Source: Piedraia hortae CBS 480.64 (taxonomy: Eukaryota). Taken from it: a stretch of 64,000 bases of DNA. Shown one piece after another: positions 61,698 through 64,000 of this stretch. A program made the position numbers and the translations under genes. Below the pieces are notes generated by a model. It was given only the letters and a program-made list of their open reading frames with translations, did no database searches and was not told the origin of the DNA. The stretch spans positions 186,001-250,000 of the forward strand of contig MU005958.1 of NCBI GenBank assembly GCA_010093745.1, given 5' to 3'. Position 1 is the first letter of the stretch; every line of letters starts with the position of its first letter.

Positions 61698-63704
61698 CTA
61701 CAACCCAATTGCTTGCTTGATGAAAGGCAACCCGATGCTCAAGGCAGCAGCTGCAGCCACAGCGACAGGTGCCCAGGTCCACATCGCCATTGCCTCTTTT
61801 TCTTGCTTATGTTTGGCAATCATGGCCGCCACGACTGCGGGCTCGTCTGCCAGGGTGAATCCGCCTTCGAAGAGATTCTCCAGACCAGTTTCAGTCATCT
61901 CGTCGGATTTTAGGTGCCAGGAGCTCGGCTTCAAATCCAGCGTACGACGTTTGGCGGGGCTGAGTAGATCGTCATCATCATCATCATCATCATCATCATG
62001 TCGAGTCTGCGTCTTCTGAGGAGCTGCTAGATGGGAGTTCATCCCCCCAAACATCCTACCCTCTTCGATGCCGCTGCGCATTTGTTTCATAAAGTCTTTG
62101 TTTTTGCTTGGTTTTGTCTGATTGGAAACATTCTGCTGCATAGGATTGCGCATTCTGTTGGCCATGCTCGTTGGGGCTGGCGGTAGCTGGCCATAGAATG
62201 GACTGCTCCGCGCCTGTTGTTGCTGAGCAGAGAGGGGTGCGATATCGCGCTTGCGTGATGTATTAGAAGTCATGTCGTTTTGGATCCCAAACAGTTCATC
62301 ACGCATGCTGGACCAACCGGAGCTTTGCGTATTTGTGAACATGGGTTGGGGATTTGTGGTCGAAGACCGAACGTTCAGCGATTTGAAAGCTAGATTCCGT
62401 GGAGGAGAGTCAATATCCATGGCATCCACATCGTCGTCACTCCCGCGCGAAGAAGGTGGCGATGGGAAGTTGACGCGGCCACTCGTATGGCTAGGTGCCA
62501 AGTTTTCAATGGGGAATTGCGCCACTTGGTCTCTGCTGAAAAGCTGCGAAGGCGGCATAGATGATGGTTGACTTTGATATTGCTCTTTTCCCGGGCCGGC
62601 AACGGCCCCCAAGACGTCAAGTTGCTCCGGCTTTGGCATCATCTTGAAATTGAGCTTGAACCTCTCCGCTTCCACCGTTCGCTCGCAAGCCCATTGGATC
62701 AACACCATGAGAATGAGGGTAATTGCATGTGCAGCTATCAGTTGTTGAGTGGTGAACTGGGCCATTGTGGTCAGTTCTGAAAGGTTATGCCAAGCAAAAG
62801 CCCTGATGAACAGCAGCACCAACTGCAATTGCAGATGCTCTCTCCGGCCCTTTATCGCCTGTATACGCCATGTGTCGTGATACCAGTCCTTTAAAGCAGA
62901 GTTGTACCAAAGGAGGCACGCTGCGACCAGCAGAGCCTTACGCACATATGCTGCAAACATAAGATAGCAACCTGTTTCGCAATGGCTTGAGAGCATTGTT
63001 CGCGTGCAGAAGAAAAGGCTCCTGTTCGAATCGCATGCCTCATCAAAGTCGCCAGTTGTTGGTGTAGTCCCACCCAAAGCCATACGGAGACCGTATACGT
63101 GCCAAGCAGCCTGTACAGCCAAGCTCAGGTACGCCGCGAAACGAACCAGAGCCAGGAGCTTCCGCATGCTCCACTTGAACCCGTCGTCTCTCTGGCCCTT
63201 CAGCGAGCCCAGCTTCCGGGCCTTTTCATTCATCCTATGGATGTTGCTTGTGCCTGCATAGTAGTCTGCACGATTGATTTTCATCTGCGCTTTTGGGGCG
63301 CATTTCTTGCAAATCTGGGGGTATCTCTCTTCGAGGTTTCGCTTAAACTGTGGCAATGCGTCTACATATTTCTGGTATTCAGGGTGATCTTCTTCTGGTA
63401 GGTAATCCGAGAGGGTCTGTAGGTAGATGTTCTGGTTGTGCAAACACTGATTGCAAAATGTCTGGCCCTGAGCCTGTCCAGCCGCTTGATATGAAGGGTG
63501 GGCAGCAGCCCGCCGGGCCCTTTCGTTGTTCCACTGCATCTGGGGCTGGTTGATGGCTACTTCCGGGGTATCGTCGATGTTCCCGTCTTGATCGAGGAAG
63601 TTCCATGCCTGACAAGATTCGCATTGGAAGCATGAGATGCCGGAGTCCTTGGAATGCTGTGATCTAGCACCGCAAAAGTGGCAGTGTATGCGCCTAAAAA
63701 ACAT
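61698..63704 (-). CDS. ima1: Inner nuclear membrane protein Ima1
   Basis: CHFC..CESCQAWNFLD.G.I.D.P; FCNQCLHNQ..YLPEEDHPEY..LEERYPQICKKC; TM segments. Confidence 0.88.
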   Translation of the reverse strand: MFFRRIHCHFCGARSQHSKDSGISCFQCESCQAWNFLDQDGNIDDTPEVAINQPQMQWNNERARRAAAHPSYQAAGQAQGQTFCNQCLHNQNIYLQTLSDYLPEEDHPEYQKYVDALPQFKRNLEERYPQICKKCAPKAQMKINRADYYAGTSNIHRMNEKARKLGSLKGQRDDGFKWSMRKLLALVRFAAYLSLAVQAAWHVYGLRMALGGTTPTTGDFDEACDSNRSLFFCTRTMLSSHCETGCYLMFAAYVRKALLVAACLLWYNSALKDWYHDTWRIQAIKGRREHLQLQLVLLFIRAFAWHNLSELTTMAQFTTQQLIAAHAITLILMVLIQWACERTVEAERFKLNFKMMPKPEQLDVLGAVAGPGKEQYQSQPSSMPPSQLFSRDQVAQFPIENLAPSHTSGRVNFPSPPSSRGSDDDVDAMDIDSPPRNLAFKSLNVRSSTTNPQPMFTNTQSSGWSSMRDELFGIQNDMTSNTSRKRDIAPLSAQQQQARSSPFYGQLPPAPTSMANRMRNPMQQNVSNQTKPSKNKDFMKQMRSGIEEGRMFGGMNSHLAAPQKTQTRHDDDDDDDDDDLLSPAKRRTLDLKPSSWHLKSDEMTETGLENLFEGGFTLADEPAVVAAMIAKHKQEKEAMAMWTWAPVAVAAAAALSIGLPFIKQAIGL

Positions 63705-63863
63705 TTTGTCCTAGGGTATGCGTGGCGCGAGCGAAGGCGTAGATCACCGCGAGATCCAAAAGGAGCAACAAGGTGGGGGCTCGAAAACGGCCCGCCCGGC
63801 CCGGCCCTCTCTATGGGGAAAGTGCCACACATCACATTGTGACATCAGCGACGTCTTAGACAG

Positions 63864-64000
63864 ATGGAGCGCCGTTCTTGGCTGGTTCTTTTTGCGTTAT
63901 TGCTTTGGAGAACTGTTGACTCGTTGAGTGTTCGGACCTTTTTTCAACCAGATGAATATTTCCAGTGCTTGGAGCCAGCATGGGAATCTGCATTCGGTCC
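63864..64000 (+). CDS. GPI10: GPI mannosyltransferase 3 (PIG-B), 5' part only
   Basis: [45 protein letters not shown]. Confidence 0.9.
   Translation, partial: MERRSWLVLFALLLWRTVDSLSVRTFFQPDEYFQCLEPAWESAFG

Overview
Gene-dense window from a filamentous ascomycete. Short GT-AG introns with CTAAC/CTGAC branch sites and an Avr4-like gene suggest a dothideomycete (inference). It holds about 33 protein genes, mostly housekeeping: cyclin T/K, MYG1, ICE2, SepH/Cdc15 kinase, GRX5, RPS23, GLR1, SOK1-like, RQC1, RPP1, FOL3, acyl-CoA oxidase, MAP2, SCS2, NOP15, SMN, RTT106, IMA1 and GPI10. It also carries two tandem arylsulfatases, a hydrophobin, two small secreted Cys-rich proteins and a divergent U2 snRNA. 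The strongest unexplained signal is a ~1.8 kb structured, ORF-free locus on the minus strand (~11.7-13.5 kb) with telomerase-RNA-like architecture. Its candidate template CCCUAACAUAACAUCCC predicts a non-canonical 14-nt telomere repeat (TTAGGGATGTTATG). Also notable are a ~530-nt H/ACA-like structured RNA at ~61 kb and a gene built from four tandem Clr2-N-type His/Cys modules. All calls were made by eye; no searches or folding programs were run.
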